This document shows positions 28,201-40,996 of a DNA stretch of 64,000 nucleotides, in pieces. A program made the translations under genes and the position numbers. The stretch covers positions 65,574,788 to 65,638,787 of the forward strand of contig CM120640.1 in NCBI GenBank assembly GCA_051362555.1, written 5' to 3'. Position 1 is the first letter of the stretch; every line of letters starts with the position of its first letter. The notes beneath the pieces are model-generated. The model did not search any database and was not told the origin of the DNA. It saw only the letters and a program-made list of their open reading frames with translations. This stretch comes from Lingula anatina (taxonomy: Eukaryota; Animalia; Brachiopoda).

Positions 28201-30316
28201 TTTTATACTTTTATATCTTTAATTAACAGGTCTGTGAATTTCAAAATAGGGCAGATAATGTTAGAATTGTTATATATTATGGATGTTTAGCATCTTTTTT
28301 TAAATGTAAACAACTCTCTATTTCTTTCAGCATGACCTGTTCGTACTAATTAGATAGGCAAACACAAGTGACAGAATTATTCACTGCCAGTTTGATAGTA
28401 GCCCTTAAATTAATTTAACTAAAATTCTAACACAGCCTATGTTAATTTAAGCGCACCACGGTAAGCGTGAAATGAAAAAAAAAAAAAAAAAAACCTCGGG
28501 AGACACGAACTACCATCATTCTCATCCAGCGCACACCAAAAGTCATTCCAGAATACTTTAGAATAATCAATAACTGCGATGAAATGGGAGAATTTTGTAT
28601 AATAGCAAAATGGAATCTTCGCATCGATAATCAATTGAGCATGATTGGTACGCAGTACTCAATAATAAAAATGTTTTTCTAAACTTGATGTCAGAGTCTC
28701 GTTTCCATGCTCCATAATTTAGTTATTAGCAACTAATGCCCTTTTTGTGCCGAGCTGAATCACATGTGTATTTGAAGAAAAGGGATTTCATAGATCAATA
28801 CGGCTATTTTGAAAAAGAAGTTTTTCAAAAAATACAATAAGGAAATGAAAATGACATATTCATTTAGCGCCCGACATTCACTTCAGCCAGTCCATAAGCT
28901 AACAAAAAAAATATAGCAATGTTTGAAAAGACGGATGTTTTGTCAATGCCAACCATCTGTATAAGCATTACATATTGATGACTGTTAACCTTGAATTTAC
29001 AGTAACACAAATAATGCGTTTGTAAGAGAGGTCAGGAAATTGCATTCACATCTTTAAAAATATAACACAAAATCGATATGGTATAGACAAAAAGATCAGT
29101 TTTCTTTTAATAGATTTTTTCTAGAAAGAATGGAAATTAGGCCAACGAAAATAAATGACTTTGGTGAGGGGAGGCGACTCTCGAACAAGGTCGATCAATA
29201 GAAAATTTTTCATTTTTTAAATTATCTTTTAGCATGTGATGAAGATGAATGTAAGAGACGTGTTTTAGGGGAGGGAATGTTAAATCCACAGTGTGACGAT
29301 TTTACAATATAAAGACATTCAGGGTTGTTCCTGGGGTTAATTATCGTGTCTCCATCTAACAAACAAAGAGCCAATGTATTTTTCTTTTCCATTTGAAAAA
29401 AAGATGCGAAAAAAGTATGATTTTCATAAAATTAGGGGCGATCACTCATGTTCGTCAAGTTTTCAGTTTCGTCTGGCCTTACCTTATCTCTGTCAATGTG
29501 CCGCTGGTCAATTGGGCATCTTGGGGCGACCCTGAATTTAAAGAAAATATTGAAACTACGTAGGGGTCATTATCCTTTTTTATCTAAGAGAATGAGAGGG
29601 AGAGTTCTAATTTAGTGTTAGTTTAATTTCTAATTTCATAACTACGAAGACGCAATTCACACCATTTTCAATCACTTTCAATTAAATGTATGTGTTATTG
29701 TCATTATTTCTTATAGGCCTATTTCTAAGAAAGCAGAAACAGACAAATTTATCGTACCGAATAGAAATTGTACTTTCTTGGGAACAAGAAATCCCAAATT
29801 TGTCAATATTTTTTTTCATTCAGCAAAACAAGAGGTAGCAAAGATCCAGACATGCAGGTACGTAAAAAAATTTAATTAACGAGAATCTATCAGCTTGTAA
29901 TTATCCATGTAACTGTGAATTTCAAAAAAACGTCCGTAACATAAATCAATCTTCCATTGCGTCTATTGAAATCCGTGTCAATTCAAAATTACACGGCGAA
30001 ACTATATGACATTGTTCACTACTCCAGACATGGCAGTTTCACATTTTACCGCTTACCTAAGTAACTCTGGCAAGCAGGAGGAGCAGCATCTGTGTCCGCA
30101 TTCGTCAAACTGGATGGGGTAGCGCAAAACCTGGCAACACACGGGGCACTCATATTTCTTCTCTAGGGGCTCCTGGAAAGTGATCTCCAAATTTGGGCGG
30201 TCAGATACAAGAGAACCGTTGGAGTTGCGACTGACGCTGGACAAAGCAGATCCTAAATGTCGGGAGTTTCTAGAACCTCCCGAACCAGTCGGGGATCCGT
30301 CGACTTTTTCCGGCAT
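25206..30316 (-). CDS. TRAF4: TNF receptor-associated factor, TRAF4-like (RING, TRAF zinc fingers, coiled coil, MATH); exons 30316-30057, 29531-29483, 27258-27160, 26761-26522, 26411-26334, 26088-25755, 25534-25206
   Basis: RING (CPVC...CGHRCCSSC...CPID), zinc fingers (CPKGC, CEFC, CPNGC, CPFVDCGC) and MATH (VWKI...FSQPFLTSRNGYKM...LLSWPFSHRVTFTLMDQ...YIRDDTIFIK). The TRAF4 subfamily call rests on MATH similarity and is less certain than the family call. Confidence 0.85.
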
Positions 30317-33300
30317 GGCTCTTTATACTGCTCGTGTGAAAAAAAAAAACGACGCAACGATCTCCTGCCTTTTTCTGAATAGTCACACCTTTTACTGCAG
30401 TATCTCTTGCCACTTCGCTGTTAAATATTATTTCGAATTAGAAATGTTAAAAAAGCAGTATCTGGAACTATAGCGCCTGCTTACATACAAGATTAGCTTT
30501 AATGCAGCTAACTGCGCTCCACAGTTACGGCTCACTAACGGTATCGCATCTGAACCAACCTAGCCCAGCAGTCTCCTCCCCTCACACAATCGATTCCCCA
30601 CCATCGTCACATCGATCCAGCTTTTGTGTTCAAACAGTTGTCACCAACTGCATAGTAACTTCCGCAAAACGGAACAATGTATTCAAGCTCGTTGATGGTT
30701 AGCATGGCAAAATCGATGAAATGCACATGAAAAATTTAAGATATCATTAACAACCTTTTGTACTCTGACATCGATAGGGAGTGGAGCGCCATCCACTTTG
30801 CATTCGAACCTTCCACTCATTTCGATGGTTGAAATTAAAACCCCTGATAAACACTTAGCTTTATCTCACTGAAATTTTGGTAATATAAAAATGCGAGGAA
30901 ATGAAATATCGCGTTTGATACTGGAAACCTTTTGGCTTTGCGAGATATTAAATTTAATTTTTATGTGATTATTCTTCAATACAAGAAATCAAAAACAAGA
31001 TGTATGGAGGACCGATTAACTAGCAGCACATCACTTACCTTCACTAAGAGTTTGGAGGATGACGGGGTTATATCACGAAAGAAAAATAATTAAATGCAAA
31101 TGCTTAAAGAGGAACTGACGGTCATTTAACCAACAATCGCTTATGAACTGCACTTGTGGGGCATTTTTGATTGATATATTTTCACTGCAATGCTCATACT
31201 CAGAATACCGCTGGTGTCTATTGAATGTTTGCGTGCTTTATTTTACGTTTGATTTAGTTGTCATTGGCGTATGCCATCAAGATTTTTCATTCATATTAGA
31301 AGATGCATAATGGTACCATTCAAATCTTAATAATGGGATTAGTCGGAACATTCCATTTAAAATCGCTTGACGAGAAACCGATAGCGACAAATGGTTCTGT
31401 CCGTATCGATTAACAAAGTGGCAGAGCCTCTTTAAATATTACCAAATTACTTTTGGCATACAACAATTGTACTACATACAACAATCTCAATTGTCTGTAG
31501 TGTTTTCCTTCGGTAAGTGCTGAGCAGCACTGGGGCATTTCTCACGGAAAGAAACAGACGTCACCGGTCGTCCGCTGGTCAATTTTCTAAATTAAGAACT
31601 TGTTTTCTTAGCCATACTTTCACAATCCTCCGTGTGCGGGTCCTTCTTTTTACCAACAGTGTCTCAAGACATGTAACATATCCCAAAATACGTCTATTAC
31701 AGATATGTTTAAAAAACCTTAACACTAGTGGATCAGAACAAATGTGAAATAAAAACCGTAAGCAAGAATGCAGACAGCGGTAATTCTAACTATGGACAAA
31801 CAAGGAAATGATGTAGGATCAACATATTTCACGATCTGTATGGCGTGATGATAATGCCTTGTAATGATTATCGATTATCAGTGCGTCCTGTTTGTCAAGA
31901 TTCTAAGAAGCCATGTTCCATAAATTTTTCGAAATTAGAAAAAAATTGCATAATACTTCAGATGTGGGAAACCGGTAGAATCAACACATCATCAGGCTAA
32001 GTAAGTAGACATCCACTTCCTTGCTCAGACGCACCTTTTATTGTCTGTCAGGAAGTTTCATTTTACGAATCTTTGGCTCATTATAATCACAAGCCGTTTG
32101 TCAAATGACGAAAAGCACTTCTTGTCTTCTACCTCATAACTTATAATTTGCAATTGAAATAGTGTTTTTTAAGGGTTTCTCCAGTTTACTGGTCTATCAT
32201 GTTCGTATTAAAGATGTATATAAAGCGAGCGTACCCTAGGTTCTAGATTGTGGTATTGCCAGCTCGATCTTGATTTCATATATGACCCACATCAGCAATA
32301 CCGTAAAGCTGTTAACACTGTAAAGCTAACACATGGAAAAGTAAAGTGACAAGCTAGCTTTATAGTGCCCTGACACTCCGGGTAAGAGAGCCTGGATTTC
32401 CAATACCGCGTTTAGCCAGGTCACCAACTCACCCCGTTCAAAATTTCTATTTAGATACTTAACTTATTATATGTAAACGTCAGTTCGGATTGAACAAAAT
32501 GTAGATAAATCTTAAGATCATCTGAAGATTGTGGCTTGAAGGAATATTTACTAGGAATTTCACCCATTTTTTTATTTGCAAGTCGACAGTATAATGGCCC
32601 TTTAGTTTTAAAAACTGAAGAGGAAGGCATCCAAGACAGAGAACGTTTTTGAAAAACGCATCTTCCCTGAAACAGATTGGTATGCCTTACAAGCACTACA
32701 ATAAAAATTACCAGTAGAAATTTGCAAATTGGACACATTATTAAATCGGGAAATAGAAACATGTGGACTGGTGCCTGCTTTATGTGTCTAAGATTTATAT
32801 AAACATATTTCAATGTCAGTACTATGTACACTTTTAAAGAAATCAAATGTAATACAATTCTAGTATGCAATTTCCAGATTGTGTGTCTAAACTCCTAATG
32901 GAAGTGATGGGTTACTGGAGGAGGAGATGGTCGAACAAAGACTGTGTCCATAGAAGAATGTTTACAGATTACCAGACAAAAACCAAATGGTTATAATAAT
33001 TTGTATCACATTGTACTAGTGTGTTCAAATACAGTAAATGACATTCCAGTGACAGTTTAAATGAAGACATGATAACATTTAAAGTTTGTTAAACGTTGTC
33101 CTTACTTTATTAACTTAAAAGAGAAATGACATATTTTCTTGCTTTCCTTAACATTTGAAACATTTGATAAAGGTGTGAGATGTCTTTTAATTGTATCAAA
33201 CTTACAGTTTTCACTGATTCAAGCAGTCAATCCTTGCACCCACTCCCCTTCTTCATTCCCATAAAAGGACAATATCACAAAGTTATTTTAAAAGTTTTTA

Positions 33301-33330
33301 TACAAGTCTTTTTTTTCTGAAACAAATGGT

Positions 33331-36300
33331 TTATTTCCGTCGTAATCTATCTACACCTCTCTCGATCCTCTCCCTCTCTTCCTCATCATCACTGTGATAA
33401 CCAGCCACTGTGGCGCCTACGGTGTGTCCTCTAGTGGCCTGCATCAGCTCTGCATCAGGACCCTTGTCACGATTTTCATACAGCAATACATTCAGTGTCT
33501 CTTCATATATTCTTGCCTCAGGAAACTCAACCTGTTGATACATTTTAAAGCAGCCATTAACAAGGCAGCAAAGCTGTCAAATGTACAGACAAAAACCAGA
33601 AAATAACAAAATAGGCTACTGTCAATTCTGATGCAAAAGTACATTATGTTAAACTGCAAATTCAACATCAAATTTTAATTTTGCTCAACAGGTAATACCA
33701 ATGTAAGTAAAATGTGTAACAAGCATAAGGCTTCAGGCCCATGGGAGTTCAAGTTCACACTTTGAAAATGTAAAACTTCCAGAAAAAGAAGTCAATTAGA
33801 CTGCTTTTCCAACTCAGGCTGCACTTTAGTCCTGTATTTCTTTTTTGAAAGTTTGGCAATCGTAAGTAACGTGTTTTCCCAAAATGGTCATCATGGCAGC
33901 AGCACCCAAAATTGTGTTTTCTTCTATTTTGATGCAATATTACATAATGGCTTTAACAGCATAATGTCAATCAATTTTTAATAATAAAATATACATATCA
34001 TGGATTTTCAGAAAATGTGACTAGCATGGGTCTTCAAGCCCGTAGAACTTCAAAGTCACACATTGAAAATGCCAATATGTGAAAAATTAAATTTTCACCA
34101 AAAAATGTTTAACTGGCAGATTGCATTGCCTACTGAAGCTATATTTTAGTCCCATGTTTCTTTCCTGTAAGTTTGAGAACAGTAAGTGACATGGTTTTTC
34201 TTAAATGGTCATCATGGGAGCAGTGCCCAAAATAGGTTTTTTTCAAATTTTGATGCAATATTACATAATGTTTTACAGCATAATGACCATCAATTTTTAA
34301 TAACAAAATATTAGTATCATGGATATTCAGCAAAGGTCTTCAGGCCCATGGAACTTCAAAGTCACAACTTGAAAATGCCAAAATGTAAACAAGACAGCAC
34401 TGTTCTGAAATGTTTTTTTTTCCATTTTAACCACTTTTAACATAAAACAAAATTACCAGTTTACTGCCATTTTTTATATGATCAAGTAAGAAAATTGATG
34501 AGATGAGAAAAATATCAATAGAGCAGTGTTAAATGTCCAATTTCTTCCATTCTGAGATTCTGAAGTGCATGGTTTTTCTTATATGGTCATCATTGGAGCA
34601 GTGCCCAAAATAGTTTTTTTTTTCAAATTTTGATGCAATATTACATAATGTTTAACAGCATAATGACCATCCATTTTTAATAATAAAATATTAGTATCAT
34701 GGATATTCAGAAAATGTGACTAGCAAAGGTCTTCAGGCCCATGGAACTTCAAAGTCACAACTTGAAAAAGCCAAAATGTAAACAAGACAGCACTGTTCTG
34801 AGATGTTTTTTTTTCATTTTTTACAATTTTTAACATAAAACAAAATTAACAGTTTACTGCCATTTTTATATGATCAACTAAGAAAATTGATGAGTTGGGA
34901 AAAATATCAATAGAACAGTGTTAAATGTCCATTCTGAGATTCTGAACACAGTGAATGATTGAATCTGACAAACTGCAATGATAAGAGTTTATTTCCATTT
35001 TTGACACTTTATTACACAATACACGATAACAAGTTTACCATCATTTTTACAAAATCAACTAACAATGTTGTAAAGATGCAGGAAATGTCAAACAAACACT
35101 TTTATGTATCTTATTAATTAAATAATGAGACTGTTAACATGCCTAAGAATTGAATCTGAGGAAATGTGAAAAAACAGCATAACTTCTAAAATAATAGCCC
35201 GAATTTGCTGATTTTCGAACTCAACCTGCCTTTTGGCAGGATTGACCACTCCTGTGAGTTTATTGACAATTGGCCAATCTGTTTTTCTTATATTGTGTTT
35301 ACAGTGTTGCATATATACTGAAAAGTGAAAAAAAAGCATAACTACTAAAATAGTGGCCCAATCATGCTGATTTTCGAACTTGACCTGTGTTTTAGTAAGA
35401 TTTATTACTCCTGTGAGTTTTATGACAACAGGCTTATCGGTTTTCCTTAAAATATGTTTACAGTGTTGCATATATGCTTAAAAAGTGAAAAAACAGTATA
35501 ACTTCTACAATAATGGCCCTATCATGCTGATTTTCGAACTTGACCTGCGTTTTATGAATATTCATCAGCTCTGTAAATATAAAGCCAAAAAGTAAAACTG
35601 CCCTCCACGTATCGTGTTTACAAGGAAAGTGCACGGCGCCGGCGACGACAGACGCAGGTGATGGCAATATGTACAGACACATCTGTGTCTGTACATAAAA
35701 AAGAACGGATTTTAATTTTCAAGTTTTTAATACCAGCATTTCAAAATAACTGACTGATGTTTTAGAACTTTTTTTTATCTATTATGGACCAAAATGTGAA
35801 CAGATCTTATTCTAATCATACATCATATATTAATTATTCCATACCCACCTTTGTGTGTTTTTTATCTGTTCCATATACTATAGAGGTACAGCAGACCTCT
35901 GCTATTTTTGATCCATGTCCATAAAAAGACCAGCAACAGATCTCATTACTTCCAATGACGTCCTTCACAAACAAAACACGCCCATTAAATCTCAGTGATA
36001 ACTTGTCAAAGAGCTCCAGGTTCCTCAATAAATTGTCATCAGAATGACTGAAATATACAAAAGAAAATTAGACACACAATCAAAAAACAAAAAGAAAGAT
36101 TGGGGAAAAACAAATCTAATGCACAGGAGGCCATTTATTGGTGTAAAATATTCAATTTAGTAAACTGATATTTTCTATACCATGTTTTGAATTTCATTAA
36201 AAAATTTTGAAGGCTTTTTGAATTTCATTTGAGAAGAACAAAATTCTTTGCAAACCTTTGCTATTATAAAGACTGATGTGAAAAACTTTATTCTAATGCT

Positions 36301-37911
36301 TTCTGTGCAAGTAATGCAGTTTAAATATTTTAAACACAGTATACTAACATTATATCATGGTAATTAATCACCAAATTATTTTCATTTTAAAACTAAACAT
36401 TTCCCCCATGTCATATTATTTACCAAAATGTCTAACAAATTCACAAATAGTTAGAATATCACAGTTTTAAATGTATCCCCCCTATATCCTATATTACATA
36501 TATTTTTTAAAGAATGGGATGAGCATATCATAAAAATCAAACTTTTTCTTTTTTTTTGGGGGGGGGGGGGGGGGCATGCATTTAAATTCATCAAAACAAT
36601 TCTGCGAAATGGTTTACATTATTACCTTGTGTAAGAGTATTTGTTATTATGTCTATTGCACGACAACTTCACTACAGGCTGAAATGAACAGAAAATTCAA
36701 AGTTATGCAAATATACAAAATACAGTGTTAAAAGCATAATGATAATAATAAAAGGCACCAATATTTTAAAATATCAAAATATAAACAATATATAAACATT
36801 TAGAGCAAAATTAAGCAAGAGGAATAATTTTCACTGGTTATAGATGCAAAATATGTTGGTGTGTGTATAATTCTGTTCCATTAATGAATAAATGAATACA
36901 GATCAATGGTTTGCATCAGCTGTTCATCCCATAGTCGACATATAGTTACCTTTGATGTTGAGCTGATCAGCAATTGCTCCTCTTTACTAGATGTGATCAA
37001 TGGAACTTTGCAGATAGGATCCATTTCTTCTTGCTTTTTCTTCAATGCTGCTTCACATATGGTTACAAGATCTTGCACTAAATAGTACTTTGCTTCTGCT
37101 AATATCTCTGCAATTTCCCTTCTGTTGTCTGGCAGAGCCACGGACCCATCTCGCAGAAAATTAAGTATTGTACCGAAGTGCTTCCCACAGCGATCTATAA
37201 GGATCCAACCTGTTCATGCAAAAATTAATGTTGTTATTTGTAAGTTGTGGCAGAACTTCTTGAAATTAAATTCCAAGATGTAAATTATACCACAAAGAAT
37301 ATTTCTTTTTTACTGTATTTATAGTTTTCTATTGGTTAGCTAATATGTCAGGTTTTAAAATGTTATTTGTATAGATGTAGACTGTGGTATGCAGGGTAGA
37401 TGGACTTGAGGTTGAGGCCTTTGCTTTCATGCGTTAGCAGACAGTACATATCAGAATCGTCAATACTGAGTACATGTAGGAGTGCTTATGCATGAATTTT
37501 CGTGCTAGGTGGACATGTGCATTATTAAATATAAAGATTCCTCAACAAACCAATGTGGCAGCTAAACACAATTCTGAGAAACTCAGACCTCGCCTATTGA
37601 AGCTGTATAACTTCAACAAATTGGGTAAATATCAAGTACCTTCATATACACTTCCAAAATACACGCCCAGTTTAAAAATTAGTAGCATTTGCTGCCAACT
37701 AACCTTCTGAGTCTGTTAAGACCTCCATACGACCGCTAAACATTGCTCTCAGCATATTGTCGTGCTTCGTTAATGTCCCTATAGTTGTGTAGTGCAATGA
37801 TCCACCCACATTTAACTTCACATATTTAGACGCATTTCCTTTGATGACAGTTCGGGCAGTGTCTCCATTCCCGACATTCGGCTCAGATTTAAGTGCCGGT
37901 TCTCCCGACAT
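33331..37911 (-). CDS. KCTD10: BTB/POZ CUL3 adaptor BACURD (KCTD10/KCTD13/TNFAIP1 pro-ortholog); exons 37911-37704, 37209-36950, 36678-36626, 36047-35849, 33531-33331
   Basis: [16 protein letters not shown]...[26 protein letters not shown]...[10 protein letters not shown]...[30 protein letters not shown]...[19 protein letters not shown]. Confidence 0.95.
33725..34945. repeat. Tandem array of ~4 diverged copies (300-390 bp) of a dispersed repeat
   Basis: The core TCTTCAGGCCCATGGAACTTCAAAGTCACA recurs at ~33731, 34031, 34338 and 34730. A reverse-complement copy lies at ~63160-63600. Confidence 0.85.
35140..35703 (+). mobile_element. Helentron/HINE-like non-autonomous element: ~160-bp internal tandem repeats and a 3' stem-loop
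   Basis: About 2.5-3 units (TGCTGATTTTCGAACTTGACCTG core; starts ~35163, 35322, 35482), a GACG/ACAG-like short stretch, a perfect 14-bp hairpin TATGTACAGACACA-TC-TGTGTCTGTACATA (35668-35697), then an A-run. Confidence 0.65.
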
Positions 37912-38297
37912 GGTGGGAGTTCGATTACAATTAACACAACCAACGTTCTTGGAATAGTGTTCCCCGTCGTCTGTCAACCGACGGGGAAGTTATGAACCGG
38001 TGTCGCAGATTATTTCAAGCTTATATATAGAAGCTTATTTTCAGCTCATGAGTAATCTAATCTGAGGTCACCGATACAGAAAAAGTCAGCATATATTTTA
38101 AACATATTTAAAGGATAATATAAATAGAATAAAACTTCCATGATATTGTGAAATCTAATTTTCACGTACAATAATGCACATATCTATTTTTTTATTCAAT
38201 GATAATCAAATGATACCCTCAGGTCACTTTCTTGTCTTTACAAAACTATTTGCAGGTATCCAGATAGCTCTTCTTAGCAACATTCCAGTGTTTGAAA

Positions 38298-39789
38298 ATG
38301 GCGGACGAGGCACTTGCCAGAGCGGGTCTTCATTTTGACGAGTTAAATAAGATAAGGGTGCTTGAGCCAGAGGTGTCTCAAGATACCACAGAATTGAAGG
38401 AAGAATGTAAAGATTTTGTAGATAGTAAGTACCCGTGATAAACTCGCCATACATAAGTGTTATTCCTTTGATATGATAAGAGAAGATAATAATAAGTGAA
38501 AATTAAATAAAGTCCAGAACTCGAAATGGGGTTAAAAACTGTGGATAGTATTTTGTAGTCGGCTTTGGTATAAGTAATACATTGTTGATAATTAAAATTT
38601 GAATTCTTAATTTTACATCATAAAATGGCATACTGTTCATTTTTTTAAAAAGTGTTTTTGACCTTTTCGAAAAAGTTCACTTTAGTTTCTAGATGTAAGT
38701 TAAGTCATTTAGACTTCAGGTTTTATAATATCTTGTATGCTATGATGTCAATTAAAAATTGTCAGATACCCAGGTTGTATCAATATATGGAAACCATAGT
38801 ACATATAGTTATATCACAAAGATTTTGTTATGCACATGTCAGAAAAGGCATTTGAAGACAAGATACTATACATTCAAGTTCAGATACGATTTTTGCCAAT
38901 TAAAGTCAGAACCCCATGGTTTTGTGCCTTAAGCATGCCTCAAGCCCAGTTTTAAAGATTGCCAAGCCATTTCTTTCTACTTTTTGCTAAAAAACCCCAA
39001 ATCATGTCGGATATTTGAGCAATTGTAAAAATCATAAAAATTTTCCTGAAGCTACTTGGACATATTCATAACAAGCTCTCTACATTTTTGTATTACAGAA
39101 ATGGGTGAATTTCAGAAGATAGTGGGATCATTTATAGATATGGTAGACAAAGTGTCAAAAGAAGTTGAAAAAGAAAAAATGAAGGCAAGTTCACAATAAG
39201 ATCGACTATTACCAGATTTTACTGATCAGATATGTATTTTATTTGGTGCTATAATTTATAAAGAAACAATTCAATCTGTCAATCAAGTGTAAGGTTGGAA
39301 ATGAAGATGGAGGTGATGCTCAAATTTGAATATTACAAAACGGTGTGCTACATATTTCCAATAATCCATTATCATGATATTGAATTTTTATGTCAACTTT
39401 GTCTGTTCACAGGCTATTGGATCCAGGAATCTCCTTAAATCAATTGCAAAACAAAGAGAGGCTCAGCAACAGCAGCTACAGGCATTATTAGCTGAAAAGA
39501 AAATGCAGTCAGAAAGGTACATTTTTCTTTTATTCAAGTAATTTACCTCTTGTAATTTTAGTGTTTCATTTGGCATGAAATTGACATTTCAGTCTTTATA
39601 ACTTGAAAATGTGCTGCAGAGAGCTGTAATGCATTAAGTAAAATTTTTGTCTTGTTATTGGCATCAGTAGTTATAAAGCAACTTTTGCTGGTTTTTTTTT
39701 TTTTCAGGTTACGAGTACAATATGAAGCTTTACAAAAGGAAGAGGCAGAGCAAAATGAATTTATTGAACAGTTCATTTTACAAAAATGA
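38298..39789 (+). CDS. IFT20: Intraflagellar transport protein 20; exons 38298-38424, 39099-39184, 39413-39516, 39708-39789
   Basis: [26 protein letters not shown]...[20 protein letters not shown]...[31 protein letters not shown]...[13 protein letters not shown]. Absent from the ORF track because the exons are short. Confidence 0.95.
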
Positions 39790-40332
39790 AACTCTCAACT
39801 GGACTGTGATATCTTATTAAAGAAAAGCAAATTGTATGTTTTTGTAGCATGGGAAAGCAGGAAGGTTTTCATGTATTCCACAAGTCAAAGGACAGTGCGC
39901 TTTTCTTTTTATGTAACTGACTAAGCAGAACTACTTAGCAACACATAACCAGTGCCAGATTATTCACTGAACATCAGTGCAGAGGTCGGACCTTTTTTCA
40001 GAAAACAAGTGAACTGCAATATCTCCTATCGGTCTCATACAATGAGGCGTGTCAACTTGGGTTTTAAATATTTGCCAATTCATAATTGTATTATGTTGAA
40101 AGCAGTACAGTACTCTTGCAATTTATAGAGTATTCGTTAGGTTTTTTTTTAACATTTTGAATGACACGTACAATCTACAACCATTAACCCCAAAAATATA
40201 TTGTTAAATTAAAGACAGAAAAAAAAGCAACTTTCTTGTTACTAAAGTGATGCTTGTTATTCTTACTTACTCTTTGAAATATATATTTTTTCGTATGTGA
40301 CCTTGAAGTTCTAAGTTTATTTAAATAGTCCA

Positions 40333-40465
40333 GGCCCCCATTTCACAAAGAATATTAAATCTGTAGTTGACTAGTAGCCCGACGTAACTAAGCGATGTAA
40401 GGACTTAATTATGTTGGTAACCAAGTTCTGGGAACCCGACTTAAGTTTTTTTGTGAAACGGAGGC
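40333..40465. mobile_element. Short MITE (PIF/Harbinger-like termini)
   Basis: GGCCCCCATTTCACAAAG ... TTTTGTGAAACGGAGGC inverted termini. Confidence 0.55.
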
Positions 40466-40996
40466 AAGATCAAGTCTGCTTATTTCTTCTGCTTTAACTA
40501 TCAAAAAGACATAATGTAGTGTACCATTCATCAATGTGTAATTTGACCAAAATTGTAATTTAGACAAAAACAAAGCTTTAACAAAAACACAGAAGTATCA
40601 AATCCAATATATTCATTATTTCACATTGTCAGTTTGAAAACAAAAAGAGTCATTTCTTCTTTTTCAAATTTTATTGAAAATGAAAACAAATATCACAATT
40701 GTACTTATTAAAGATTAAGTACAGATCACAGTTCTTAAAGCAACAACAGAAACTGTTGTTATGTAACATAGAATAATATAATAGTAACAACAATAAATTA
40801 ATTTACAAACACCATACATGCAAGTTTTTGATTACAATAGTCAATTTTTCAACATCCTACTTGTATAATAACTTCCTCTGATTTTACATTATCATATTAA
40901 AAGTTTATCTTTGGTATAACTCAGTAAGTTAAAAAAAGTATTTTTATATAGTATAATAGAAGTTCATTTGGCAATGGTACTAGATTTTCTGCTGGA

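Noticed and set aside
32360-32440. GC-richer ~75-bp stretch as a possible tRNA or SINE head
   Set aside because: No cloverleaf and no A/B box consensus on either strand.
38268-38281. X-box-like CTTCTTAGCAAC just before the IFT20 ATG
   Set aside because: Only one good half-site, and it probably lies within a spliced exon. Plausible for a ciliary gene but not supportable.
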